Positions 36,708 to 46,014 are shown, counted from the stretch's first letter. The stretch: 64,000 bases of DNA from a bacterium (GCA_021816695.1 JAKAXE010000001.1:2769-66768); one strand, 5' to 3'. The notes: generated by a model not told the origin, from the sequence alone. Program-made: numbers and translations.

Positions 36708-37095
36708 GGCCTGGGGCAGCCCTCCCGGCGGCCGCCAGCAGCGCCCGCAGCCGCGCGGCCACGATGGTGGGCTTGAAGGGCTTGATCACCACCTCCCGGG
36801 CGCCGGCCGCCCGGGCCATCTCCTCCCCCCTGGGGTCCCGCTGCTCCGGCATCAGGACCACTCCGGCGGGAGGCTCGGAGCCGGAGGCCAGCAGCCTGCG
36901 GCAGAGATCCCGGCCGTCCTCCTCCAGGGTGACGTCGCAGAGCAGCAGGTCGACGCCCCCCGCGCGGCACAGCGCCTCCGCTTCGGCCGCCGACCGCACC
37001 CAGGTCACGAGGTGGCCCTCCTGGGTGAGCTTGAACTCCAGGATGCGGCCGATCATCGGCTCGTCCTCCGCCAGCACGATACGGGCCGGGTCCAC
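36700..37095 (-). CDS. Stand-alone response-regulator receiver domain protein
   Basis: 131 aa with 'RIVLAEDEPMIGRIL' and the phospho-acceptor context 'DLLLCDVTL', plus '...VVIKPFKP'. No output domain, and no histidine kinase in the window. Confidence 0.85.
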   Translation of the reverse strand: MDPARIVLAEDEPMIGRILEFKLTQEGHLVTWVRSAAEAEALCRAGGVDLLLCDVTLEEDGRDLCRRLLASGSEPPAGVVLMPEQRDPRGEEMARAAGAREVVIKPFKPTIVAARLRALLAAAGRAAPGPS

Positions 37096-37101
37096 ATGTC
37101 G

Positions 37102-37107
37102 AGTTTA
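37102..37107 (-). promoter_or_regulatory. Candidate -10 hexamer TAAACT (minus strand), 6 nt upstream of the response-regulator GTG (leaderless)
   Basis: TANNNT at leaderless spacing. Confidence 0.35.
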
Positions 37108-37212
37108 GGTGGCGGTGGCTGTGCACTTTCGGGGCACCAATTTCGGTCACCGGTGCCACCATAGGGGGCGGCGAAACAACCCGGCTGCCGGGAGCGTTGC
37201 AGGGGGTGAGGG

Positions 37213-40200
37213 GTGCGGGGAGGCTCACCCCTGCCCACCCCGGACGCACTCCAAGCAGCCCTCTACCGGATGCCCCCCATGCCCCGTGGCCGTCACCGCC
37301 TCATGAGCCACCCCCGCCGGAGCCCTCTGGCCCCGGTGTCGAGGCTCGGCCCGGCGATCGCGCAGGCTGCACCGGGCATCGATCCCGTGATGATCGCGGC
37401 GATCGGGGTGCTGGCCGTCCTGGGGGTGATGAACCTGGTCGCGGTGGGGGACTCCTCCCTCGCCCTCCACCAGAGCGTGGCGGTGGTTCTGGGGCTTCTG
37501 GTGATGCTCTGGGCCTGGCGCACCCCGGGCCGCTGGTGGCCCTGGCTGGGGAGGCTGGCCTACGCCGGCTCCGTCCTCCTGCTTCTGGGCGTAGCCGCCC
37601 ACGGGGTGGAGGCGTACGGGGCCAAGCGCTGGCTGGACATCGGCTCCTTCGTCCTGCAGCCGTCGGAGCTCGCGGAGCTGGGCCTGGCGCTGGTCCTGGC
37701 CGAGGTGATGTCACGGCGGGAATGGCGCGAGCGCAGCCGGGTGGGGGTGGCCCTCCTGCTCACGATGATCCCCGTGGGCCTGACCCTCCTCGAGCCTGAC
37801 CTCAGCACCTCGGCTCTCCTCGTCCTGATCGCATTGGCCGCCCTGGTCCTGGGCCGGGTGCGCTGGCGGGTGTTGGGGGGGCTCGGGGCTCTGGGGTTGG
37901 TCCTTCTGCCAGTGGGGCTGCACTTCCTGCGGCCCTACCAGCTGGCCCGGCTGCACAGCTTCCTCTCGGGGGCGGGCGGCTCAGGCGGGGGCTTCACGCT
38001 GGAGCAGGCGCACATCGCCATCGCCTCCGGGGGACTGCTGGGGATCGGACACTCCACGATCGCCCAGCTGCTGGCCTCCTATCTCCCGGCCAGGGAGACG
38101 GACCTCGCGTTTGCCAGCCTGATCGAGCAGTACGGGCTGGTGGCCGGGGCGGTGGCCCTCTGCGCTGCCGCGCTGCTCACCTGGCGACTGGCGTCCGCGG
38201 CGGCTTCGGCCCGAACTCCCCAGGTGGCCCTCATGGCGGGGATCATGGCGGTCCTAGTTGGCGGGGAGGTGGTTCTCTCGGCGGGCGGGAACCTGGGCGT
38301 TCTGCCCCTGGCCGGCGTCCCGATCCCCTTCCTGGCCTACGGCGGCACTGTGACGGTGGCCCACCTGGCCGCCTTCGGGGTGATCCTCGGCGGGCGTGTG
38401 GACACGGAGCGCCGCCGCCTCTGGCGGCTTCCCCCCCGCCTCCGCCAGCGCCCCCGGCTGGCCCGGACCCTGGCCATCTGCCTGGCGGCGAGCCTCCTGC
38501 TCCTAGCAGGGGTGGCCTATCACTTCCAGCAGTCCGACGGCAGCCAGGCCCGGCAGGCGGCCCTCACCGAGGTGACCCGCTGGATACCCCTCACCCCAGA
38601 GCGGGGACTGATCGAGGATCGCCACGGCACCGTACTGGCGGCCGACCCGGCCGCCGACCAGGTGGTGGCCGTACCGCAGCTGGTGCCGCAGGAACGATGG
38701 TCCCAGCTGGCGGCCCTGCTGGGGCAGCCGCTTCCCCAACTTCGACGGGAGATGGCCGAGCCCACCGAGGGCGGCTGGGTGGTGACCCTGGCCGCCCAGC
38801 TGCCCACCGTTCGCGCCCTGATGCTCCAGGCCGCCTCCGTCCCCGGGGTGATCGTCGAACCCGCGCTGGGGAGGGTCTACCCCTACGGCGCCGTGCTCGG
38901 CCCCATCCTCGGCTACACCGGGGTGGAGACCCCCCAGCAGGTCAAGCAGCTGGGTCTTCTCCCTTATGGGGCCCAGCTGGGCCAGGCGGGGCTGGAGGCC
39001 GAGTACGACTCCGTGCTGCGGGGGACGTATGGGTGGCAGGGGATCCTGGTCAACGCCCTGGGGGTCCCCGTCGGCTGGGGTCGGACCATCCCCCCGGTGA
39101 ATGGCAGGACGCTGGTCACCTCACTGGACCTTCCGCTGCAGGAGCTGGCGACCCAGCTACTGCAGAAGTCGATCTCGGGTGCCTACCCTGGCTCCCAGCG
39201 GGGGGACGAGGGGGCGGTGGTGGTGCTCGACCCGCGGAACGGCCAGGTGCTGGCGATGGCCAGCTGGCCGGCCTACAACGACCAGATCTTCGAGGCGCCC
39301 CGGGACTCCGCCGCCATCGAGCAGCTCCTCAGCGCGCCCGGGAGCCCGCTCCTGGAGCACGCCACCCAGACGGCGATGCCGCCGGGCTCCAACTTCAAGC
39401 TGGTGGTCTCCTCCGCCGACGTCTATCACGGGGCCATCCCGCCCTCCGAGGTGATCCCCACCGGCTACACCTTCACCTACGACGGGCACACCTTCGACAA
39501 CTGGGAGACCCTGCCGCCCCAGGACCTGCCGGAGGCCATCGCCTGGTCCAACGACGTCTACTTCTACAAGCTGGCGGTGGCTCTGGGAGCCCAGAACCTC
39601 ATCGGCACCGCCCAGACCATGGGGGTTGGCCAGAACACCGGGATCGACCTTCCCGGCGAGAGCCCGGGATACCTCGGAACCCCCAGCTCGGTGGCCAGCC
39701 TGGGCGAAACCTGGTACCCCGGCTCCACCGTGATCCTGGGGATCGGGCAGGGCTACGTGACCGCGACCCCCATCCAGGACGCGGTCTGGACCGCCGAGGT
39801 GGGGACCGGATCCAAGATCACCCCCCGGTTGGGGATGGCCCTGGAGACCGACTCCTCCCTCACCCCGCTCCGCGCTCCGGCGCCTCAGCCCCTGCCCTGG
39901 GCTGCGGAGCTGGGGCCGGTGCGCCAGGGGCTCCGGCTGGCGGTCACCCAGGGGACGGCTGACATGCTCGACCCCCTGAACGTGGACGCCGGGGGGAAGA
40001 CTGGGACCGCCCAGGACCCCACCGCCCCCAACGGCGGGCCAGACGCCTGGTTCACCGCCATGGCCCCGATGTCCTCGCCGCAGGTGGTGGCGAGCATGCT
40101 GGTGCGGGGTGGTGGGCAGGGTTACTACACCGACCAGCCCGCGGTCGCCCAGCTTCTCAAGTACTACTTCGCCAACCAGGCGGCGATCACCTCCACCACC

Positions 40201-40332
40201 CCCGGGCCCATCGCGGGCCCCACTGCCACCACCCCGGCGGCCCCGCCCTCACCGCCTGGGCACCCGGCGCTGGCGGTGGCTCCCGGGGCCGACCAAGCGG
40301 CCCGGCTCCGGGCGGCCGCCGGCCACCTGTGA
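37213..40332 (+). CDS. Fusion protein: SEDS glycosyltransferase (RodA/FtsW family) + class B penicillin-binding protein (PBP2-like transpeptidase)
   Basis: A single uninterrupted 1039-aa ORF. The SEDS half has 'LQPSELAEL', 'PARETDLAFASL' and 'GVLPLAGVPIPFLAYGGT'. A linker TM 'LAICLAASLLLLAGVAY' follows. The PBP pedestal has 'ERGLIEDRHGTVLA', and the transpeptidase motifs are SxxK 'GSNFKLV', SxN 'WSNDVY' and KTG 'GGKTGTAQ'. The start is uncertain (GTG 37213, ATG 37270 or ATG 37303). Confidence 0.9.
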   Translation: MRGGSPLPTPDALQAALYRMPPMPRGRHRLMSHPRRSPLAPVSRLGPAIAQAAPGIDPVMIAAIGVLAVLGVMNLVAVGDSSLALHQSVAVVLGLLVMLWAWRTPGRWWPWLGRLAYAGSVLLLLGVAAHGVEAYGAKRWLDIGSFVLQPSELAELGLALVLAEVMSRREWRERSRVGVALLLTMIPVGLTLLEPDLSTSALLVLIALAALVLGRVRWRVLGGLGALGLVLLPVGLHFLRPYQLARLHSFLSGAGGSGGGFTLEQAHIAIASGGLLGIGHSTIAQLLASYLPARETDLAFASLIEQYGLVAGAVALCAAALLTWRLASAAASARTPQVALMAGIMAVLVGGEVVLSAGGNLGVLPLAGVPIPFLAYGGTVTVAHLAAFGVILGGRVDTERRRLWRLPPRLRQRPRLARTLAICLAASLLLLAGVAYHFQQSDGSQARQAALTEVTRWIPLTPERGLIEDRHGTVLAADPAADQVVAVPQLVPQERWSQLAALLGQPLPQLRREMAEPTEGGWVVTLAAQLPTVRALMLQAASVPGVIVEPALGRVYPYGAVLGPILGYTGVETPQQVKQLGLLPYGAQLGQAGLEAEYDSVLRGTYGWQGILVNALGVPVGWGRTIPPVNGRTLVTSLDLPLQELATQLLQKSISGAYPGSQRGDEGAVVVLDPRNGQVLAMASWPAYNDQIFEAPRDSAAIEQLLSAPGSPLLEHATQTAMPPGSNFKLVVSSADVYHGAIPPSEVIPTGYTFTYDGHTFDNWETLPPQDLPEAIAWSNDVYFYKLAVALGAQNLIGTAQTMGVGQNTGIDLPGESPGYLGTPSSVASLGETWYPGSTVILGIGQGYVTATPIQDAVWTAEVGTGSKITPRLGMALETDSSLTPLRAPAPQPLPWAAELGPVRQGLRLAVTQGTADMLDPLNVDAGGKTGTAQDPTAPNGGPDAWFTAMAPMSSPQVVASMLVRGGGQGYYTDQPAVAQLLKYYFANQAAITSTTPGPIAGPTATTPAAPPSPPGHPALAVAPGADQAARLRAAAGHL

Positions 40333-40342
40333 GCCGTGAGCG

Positions 40343-41368
40343 TCAGGCCTGGGGCGGGGCCCCCTTGAAGGCGGCCAGGACCCGGGGGGTGGAGAGCGCC
40401 TTGGCTGCCCCCTCGGCAACGCAGGTGAGCGGTCGCTCCGCCAGGGTCACAGAGAATCCCAGGGCATCCTCCAGGTGGCGCTGGAACCCCTCCAGCAGTG
40501 ACCCGCCGCCGAAGGCCAGCACCCCACCCTGCATGATGTCGCCCACCGCCTGGGGTGGCAGCCGGTCCAGGACCTCGGCCAGCGCCTCCACGATCCCGTC
40601 CACGGTGGGGCGGATGGCCAGCGCCGCCTCGTCCGGATCCAGGGTCTGCATGCGCGGCTTGCCGGTGAAGACGTCACGTCCCTCGACCACGATGGGGTTG
40701 GGAACGGAGTCCACCTTGCGCAGCCGGATCTTGATGTCCTCCGCGGTCAGCTCGCCGACGATGAGGTGGTGCTCTTGCCGGAGGTACTGGTTGAGGGCGG
40801 CGGTCATCTCGTCCCCCGCCACCCGGCAGGAGCTGGCGGCCAGGATGCCCCCGAAGCAGATGGCGGTGACCTCGGCGGTACCCCCGCCCACATCCACCAC
40901 CATGTGCGCCCTTGCCTCCAGCGGGTCGATGCCGCAGCCGATCGCTCCCGCCACCGGCTCGGGGATGAGGTCGGCGTGCCCGATCCCCGCCTCCTCCAGC
41001 GCCTCCACCAGGGCCTGCCTCTCCAGCCCGGTCGCCCCGGCGGGGACCCCGCAGATCGCCCGGGGGCGGAAGCGCTCCCAGGGGCGGCGCGTCACCTGGT
41101 GGATCACCACGTTGATGAATCCCTTGGCGGACTGCAGGTCGGTCACCACCCCGTCCCGGATCGGCCGCACCGTGGCCATGCCCACCGGCGTCCGCCCGGT
41201 GAGCTCGCGGGCCTGGCGCCCGACGAGGATGGGGCGGCGGTTGCCGTCCGCCCCCAGGGTCACCAGCATCACCGAGGGCTCGTTGAGCAGGATGGTGCCG
41301 TCGCGGCGGCAGACCACGGTGTTGGCGGTCCCCAGGTCGATGCCCAACTCTGCCGACAGCAAGCCCAT
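40343..41368 (-). CDS. mreB: Rod-shape-determining actin homologue MreB
   Basis: 'LGIDLGTANTVVC', 'VVDVGGGTAEVTA' and 'AFGGGSLLEG'. The ATG at 41368 is chosen; the track ORF extends to 41437. Confidence 0.93.
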   Translation of the reverse strand: MGLLSAELGIDLGTANTVVCRRDGTILLNEPSVMLVTLGADGNRRPILVGRQARELTGRTPVGMATVRPIRDGVVTDLQSAKGFINVVIHQVTRRPWERFRPRAICGVPAGATGLERQALVEALEEAGIGHADLIPEPVAGAIGCGIDPLEARAHMVVDVGGGTAEVTAICFGGILAASSCRVAGDEMTAALNQYLRQEHHLIVGELTAEDIKIRLRKVDSVPNPIVVEGRDVFTGKPRMQTLDPDEAALAIRPTVDGIVEALAEVLDRLPPQAVGDIMQGGVLAFGGGSLLEGFQRHLEDALGFSVTLAERPLTCVAEGAAKALSTPRVLAAFKGAPPQA

Positions 41369-41439
41369 CCCCGTCACCCGCCTACCGGAACCTGAACGCA
41401 ACCCCGCCCCAAGCCTACCCCTCCCCGTCAGCAGCAACG

Positions 41440-42891
41440 ATGCCTGAACTGATCTCGTTTCGGGACGGGTCGAGAATCTCGCTCGCGGGCAGCCCCGAGG
41501 AGTTGGCCGGAGGCTCCCTGATGGCGGGCGGCAGGAGTTGCGAGCTGAGGCACCGCCGGCTCAGCTCCACCCCGCAGGCGCAGGAGCTGGTGGAGCGGCT
41601 GCGGGTGGCGGCGAGCGTCCCTGGCGCCCTGACCCTGCCTCCCGAGGCCGCGGCGGCCGAGGGCTCACAGGTGGTCTGCGCCTTCCGGGCCCGGCGGGGA
41701 GCGGACCTGCGTTCTGTTCTCCGGTTGGTGCCGCTCACCCTGGAGCAGGCCGCCCTCCTCGGCGACGGGCTGCTGGCTGCGCTGGCCGCCCTCCACCGCC
41801 GGGGGGTGGTCCAGGACCGTCTTGATCCGGAGCGGCTCCTCCTCGGCCAGGACGGCCGCCTCCGCTTGCTGGAGCCGGGGCTGTGGGCCCCGCTCGAAGC
41901 CCATCCCCCCGGCCGCGACCTCGAGCGTGCCGGGCGGCTCCTGGAGCGGATCCTGGGGTCGGTGACCGGGGCCGCCCGCAGAGACGGGTCGGACCTCTCC
42001 CAGCTTCGCTCCGTGGCCGAGGGACTCGGCACCGCCGAGGGGGCGGCCGCGGCCGGACTCTCACTCGCCGCCTGGCGGTCGGCCCTGCCGCTGGATCCCC
42101 GCCGACGCCAACGGGTGCGGAGCCAGCTCGGTGCCCTTGGTGCCAGACTGCCCCAGTCGCTCCCCGCGACCCCTCGCTCGTCGTCGGCCCCGTCGGAACT
42201 GGGAGACGGGAAGCCATCGGCCCCGGAGCTTCCCGTCGGCGCCGCGGCGATGCCCCTGGGCTCAGCCCCAAGCGGCCGGCCCCCGGCTCCCCTCCCGCCG
42301 TTCGCGGCCCCGGCGGGTCGGGCGCCGCGGAGATCCCGCACCCTGGCCGCACTGGGTGCCGCGGTGGTCCTGGTCTCGTTAGGGGTGCTGGCGGCGCATT
42401 TGGGCGGCCACCCGGCCTCCTCGGCCCCTGCGCCCCGCGCCCCCGCCTCCACGCCGGCGCCGTCCGTCTCCAGCTCACCGTCCGCGGGCCCGTCGCCCAC
42501 GGCGACGCCGCCTCCCACGGCCGCTCCGCCGGGGGAGATACCTCTCCTCGGGCCGCCCTCTGTCCCCCCGGTCCGGCAGGTAGCCCTGACCGCCTCGTGC
42601 CCCCCAGGAGGGGGCCCCTGCCAGTTCAACGTCACCGCCCAGCTCGGTGCCCACCCCTCCGACTCGGTGCGCTGGGAGCTGGACGAGGTCAACCGGTGCA
42701 CGGGGGACGTGGCCACCGTAGCCAGCGGGGTGGTGAGCGCCCCCGCCTTCTACACCTACGTCGAGGCCCAGCCCACGGTCACCGTGCCGGCCAGCGGTGC
42801 GGTGGCGATGATCGCCCTGGCAGGGGCGGGTGGGCTGGCGGCCTCACCCCCGCTGAGCCTGGGCCCGGCCCCGGCCAGCTGCCCCGGCTGA
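41440..42891 (+). CDS. Single-pass membrane protein with a degenerate (catalytically dead) Ser/Thr-kinase-like cytoplasmic domain, Pro-rich linkers and a Cys-containing extracytoplasmic domain
   Basis: 'LHRRGVVQDRLDPERLLLGQDGRLRLLEPGL' aligns with the kinase 'LH..GIVHRDLKPENILL...G.LKL.DFGL', but HRD is replaced by QDR and DFG by EPG. No Gly-rich loop or VAIK Lys is recognisable. TM 'LAALGAAVVLVSLGVLAAHL'. Confidence 0.55.
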   Translation: MPELISFRDGSRISLAGSPEELAGGSLMAGGRSCELRHRRLSSTPQAQELVERLRVAASVPGALTLPPEAAAAEGSQVVCAFRARRGADLRSVLRLVPLTLEQAALLGDGLLAALAALHRRGVVQDRLDPERLLLGQDGRLRLLEPGLWAPLEAHPPGRDLERAGRLLERILGSVTGAARRDGSDLSQLRSVAEGLGTAEGAAAAGLSLAAWRSALPLDPRRRQRVRSQLGALGARLPQSLPATPRSSSAPSELGDGKPSAPELPVGAAAMPLGSAPSGRPPAPLPPFAAPAGRAPRRSRTLAALGAAVVLVSLGVLAAHLGGHPASSAPAPRAPASTPAPSVSSSPSAGPSPTATPPPTAAPPGEIPLLGPPSVPPVRQVALTASCPPGGGPCQFNVTAQLGAHPSDSVRWELDEVNRCTGDVATVASGVVSAPAFYTYVEAQPTVTVPASGAVAMIALAGAGGLAASPPLSLGPAPASCPG

Positions 42892-42973
42892 TCCGCGATC
42901 GCCCGTCACAGACCGGAATCGGCCCTGCTACGAAGGGCTCGGATCTCCCGGTCCGCGGCCAGAATCTGGCCCC

Positions 42974-44161
42974 GTGGAAGGGAAACCCAGGATCTGGAGG
43001 TCGCTGGCTGCCCTGCTGGCGGCCGGGGCGATGGCGGTCCTCGCGGTATCGGCTGCCCCGGGCAGCGGGGCGCGGGCGGCCACCCCCACCTCATCACGGG
43101 TCACCTCGCTCAAGGAGATGGTCGCCCAGGCCCGGGCCCAGGAGCAATCCCTGCTGGCCGAGGTGCAGACGCTGCGGGGGCGCCTGGCCCGGGAAGGGAC
43201 CGAGATCGGACGGGCTCGGTCCCAACTGGCGGCCCTCGTGGCTGCCGAGTACACCGGGAGCTCAGGGGGGATCCTCGCCGTCATCGGCAGTTCCTCCCTG
43301 AACAGCGCTCTGGACTCCCAGATCGTGCTCTCCCGGCTGACCCAGGGGGAGCAGGCGGAGATCGCTCGGCTCCGGGTGGAGATGCGCCTGCAGCAGACGG
43401 ACGAGGCGACCCTGGTCGCCCGTCAGGCCCAGGCCCGTGTGACCGAGGCCCGTCTGACGGCGGAGGAGATCGCCGCCGCCTACCTGGCGGCCAACCCCCC
43501 CGAGCCTCCGGCCAGCGTCCAGTCCAACCGCCAGCCCTCGCCCGCTCCCACGGCGGCGGGCCGGCCGAGTGCCCCGGCGACCCCTGCCCCACCTTCCTCG
43601 CCGACTCCGGCCCCGCCTCCCGCGCCGACGCCCACCCCCGCACCCAATCCCGGGCCGGCGCCCGGCCCCTTTTCCACCACCACCAACCTGACCCTGCCCA
43701 GCGGGATCACCCTCCAGCAGATCCAGGAGTTCCTCCAGGGCACCCCGCTGGAGGCGGACTCGAGCTTCTTCCTGCAGGCCGAGGCCACCAACCACGTGTC
43801 GGCCATCTACCTGGTGGCGGACGCGGTCCTGGAGACCGGCTTCGGCACCTCGCAGCTGTACCTGCAGAAGCACAACCTCTTCGGCTTCGATGCCTACGAC
43901 GCCAACCCCTTCGGCGATGGGGCCACCTTTCCCTCGGACCAGGCCTGCATCTCGTTCGTCTCCTGGTACGTCTTCGTCTACTACCTCACACCCCCGGGAT
44001 CCCAGGTCCCCAACTACCCCGGGCAGCCGGGGACCGTGGCCACCGGGAAGTACTACAACGGCCCGACCCCCGCCGGGATGAACGTCGATTACGCCTCTGA
44101 TCCGCTCTGGGCCAAGAAGATCGCTGCGATCGGAGACGCGCTCCAACAGATGCCCACCTGA
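42974..44161 (+). CDS. Secreted coiled-coil + GH73 glucosaminidase-domain peptidoglycan hydrolase
   Basis: Signal peptide 'LAALLAAGAMAVLAVSAAPG', a coiled coil of about 140 aa, a Pro-rich linker, then 'AIYLVADAVLETGFGTSQLYLQKHNLFGF' and 'YASDPLWAKKI'. Confidence 0.75.
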   Translation: MEGKPRIWRSLAALLAAGAMAVLAVSAAPGSGARAATPTSSRVTSLKEMVAQARAQEQSLLAEVQTLRGRLAREGTEIGRARSQLAALVAAEYTGSSGGILAVIGSSSLNSALDSQIVLSRLTQGEQAEIARLRVEMRLQQTDEATLVARQAQARVTEARLTAEEIAAAYLAANPPEPPASVQSNRQPSPAPTAAGRPSAPATPAPPSSPTPAPPPAPTPTPAPNPGPAPGPFSTTTNLTLPSGITLQQIQEFLQGTPLEADSSFFLQAEATNHVSAIYLVADAVLETGFGTSQLYLQKHNLFGFDAYDANPFGDGATFPSDQACISFVSWYVFVYYLTPPGSQVPNYPGQPGTVATGKYYNGPTPAGMNVDYASDPLWAKKIAAIGDALQQMPT

Positions 44162-44205
44162 GGGACAGCCAGCAGGAGCCGGCGCGCCGATCCGGCTAGC
44201 ACCGA

Positions 44206-44211
44206 TACGCT
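44206..44211 (+). promoter_or_regulatory. Candidate -10 hexamer TACGCT, 6 nt upstream of the GTG at 44218 (leaderless)
   Basis: TANNNT at leaderless spacing. Confidence 0.3.
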
Positions 44212-44217
44212 CAGCCG

Positions 44218-46002
44218 GTGAGCGCCCCCTCGACTCCCCCTCTCCGCTCCCTCTTCTGCCTCTCGGACGGCCGGGGAGCGGCACTGCTGGACGGGTGGGG
44301 AAGGTGCTGGTTCTGGAGCCCCCCCGGCTTCGACGGCCCGCTCCGGCTGGCGCGCCTGCTCGACCCGAAGGGAGTCTCTGTGGGCATCCGCCCCCGCCTC
44401 AGCGGAGCCCCCGAGAGCCGCTGGCTGGCACCGGGCCGGGTGATGGTGGCCAGGTGGGGGGATAGGGCTCGGCTCGAGGTGGCGGTGGCCGGGGGCGGGT
44501 CGGGAGGGCCGGCCCTGCGCTGGCATCTCTCCGGCGAACCCGGCCTGGAGGCGGTGCTGGAGCTCCAGGACCCCTCGGCCGGCTCCGGCTGGCGCCCAGC
44601 GCCGTACGGGGCGTTCCTGCCCCCCGGCCCCTGGCCCTCCGGACCCGGCGGGCCGCTCCGTCTCGACATCGACCCGGCCGGACCCGTCCCGGGGTCACCG
44701 GTGCCGGTGCCCGAGGAGGGTCTCAGCGCCACCCTGCGCCTGGGCCCGGATCCGGGACCGCTGCCGGAGGACCCCGTTCGCTCCCTCCTCGCGGAGGTGG
44801 CCGGATGGCAGCGGTCCGTGCTCCCCTCCACCTCCGCTCGGCTGGCGCTGGCTCCCACCTGGGCGCGCCGGGCGGTGGAGGGCTCCCTGGAGCAGCTGCA
44901 CGCCCTGCAGCATCGGGAGAGCGGCCTGCTGGTGGCCGCTCCGGTCACCTCCATTCCCCAGTGGCCGGGCAGCCCGCGGGCCTGGGACTACCGCTACGCC
45001 TGGCTGCGTGACAACGCCGACGCCGGGGCGGCCCTTGCGCTGGGAGGTGATCTGGAGGGAGCGCGCCACCTGGCCCGGGGGCTGGCGGGGCTGCTGCGCC
45101 AGGGAACTCAGCCGGTGCGGCGGCTGGACGGCGGTCCCCTTCCTCCTGAGCGATCACTGCCCCACCTGCGCGGGTATCTCGGAGCGGTGGTGAGGGTGGG
45201 CAATGGGGCGGCCCAGCAGGCCCAGGTGGACACCCTCGGCGAGGTGTGCCGCTTCGCCCACCTGCTGGAGGGCGCGGGCGGATGCCCCGAGGAGCTGCTG
45301 GAGCAGATCCCCCACCTGGCGGACGCAGCGGCGGTCGGTTGGCGCCAGCCGGACCACGGCATCTGGGAGGTGCGCGGCCGGAGGCGCCACTACCTGCACA
45401 GCAAGATTCTGGCCTGGGTGGCACTGGACCGGGCCCTGGACCTGGCCCAAAAGGGTCGCATCGAGGCTGCGGGCGCCACCCGCTGGGCGGCTGCCCGCAA
45501 GGAGCTGGAGCAGGCCGTGGCGGGACGCGGCACGGGGCCCGCGGGCGAGCTGACCATGGCCTTCGGCGAGGGCTCAGCCGACTCCGCCACCCTGGCCGCC
45601 TACCTGGTCGGGTACCCCCTCCCGGAGGGGAGCCGCCGGGCGGGCACACTGGACTTTGTCCTCGGCCAGCTGGGAGCCTTTCCCCTGGTCGCCCGCCACC
45701 GGCCGGAGCGGGACGGAATCCCCTATCCCTGCCTGCCCTTCATCTTTCCCTCCTTCTGGGCGGCGGCGGCCGAGGCGGCCTGCGGCCGGAGGGAGGCTGC
45801 CGTGGCCCGCTTCCGCTCCCTGGTGCGCCTCGCCGGCCCCTCCGGCCAGCTCTCCGAGGTGGCCGACCCGGCAACTCGGCGGATGCTCGGGAATTATCCC
45901 CAGGTCCAGAGTCACGCCGCCCTGGTGGAATCCGCCCTGGTCGTCTGGGGGGCCGCGGCGGATCCTCGCCTTTCCGCAGGGAGGCGCCATCGAATGGGGT
46001 GA
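44218..46002 (+). CDS. Glycoside hydrolase family 15 (glucoamylase / glucodextranase / trehalase-like)
   Basis: 'WDYRYAWLRDNADAGAAL' and 'HGIWEVRGRRRHYLHSKILAWVALDRA' are typical of the GH15 (alpha/alpha)6 barrel. Confidence 0.85.
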   Translation: MSAPSTPPLRSLFCLSDGRGAALLDGWGRCWFWSPPGFDGPLRLARLLDPKGVSVGIRPRLSGAPESRWLAPGRVMVARWGDRARLEVAVAGGGSGGPALRWHLSGEPGLEAVLELQDPSAGSGWRPAPYGAFLPPGPWPSGPGGPLRLDIDPAGPVPGSPVPVPEEGLSATLRLGPDPGPLPEDPVRSLLAEVAGWQRSVLPSTSARLALAPTWARRAVEGSLEQLHALQHRESGLLVAAPVTSIPQWPGSPRAWDYRYAWLRDNADAGAALALGGDLEGARHLARGLAGLLRQGTQPVRRLDGGPLPPERSLPHLRGYLGAVVRVGNGAAQQAQVDTLGEVCRFAHLLEGAGGCPEELLEQIPHLADAAAVGWRQPDHGIWEVRGRRRHYLHSKILAWVALDRALDLAQKGRIEAAGATRWAAARKELEQAVAGRGTGPAGELTMAFGEGSADSATLAAYLVGYPLPEGSRRAGTLDFVLGQLGAFPLVARHRPERDGIPYPCLPFIFPSFWAAAAEAACGRREAAVARFRSLVRLAGPSGQLSEVADPATRRMLGNYPQVQSHAALVESALVVWGAAADPRLSAGRRHRMG

Positions 46003-46014
46003 CCGCCGGGAGCT

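Noticed and set aside
41369-41437. The longer MreB N-terminus starting at the TTG at 41437.
   Set aside because: The extra 23 residues (LLTGRGRLGAGLRSGSGRRVTG) are low-complexity and absent from typical MreB proteins. The ATG at 41368 gives the canonical 'MGLLSAELGIDLGTANT' start.
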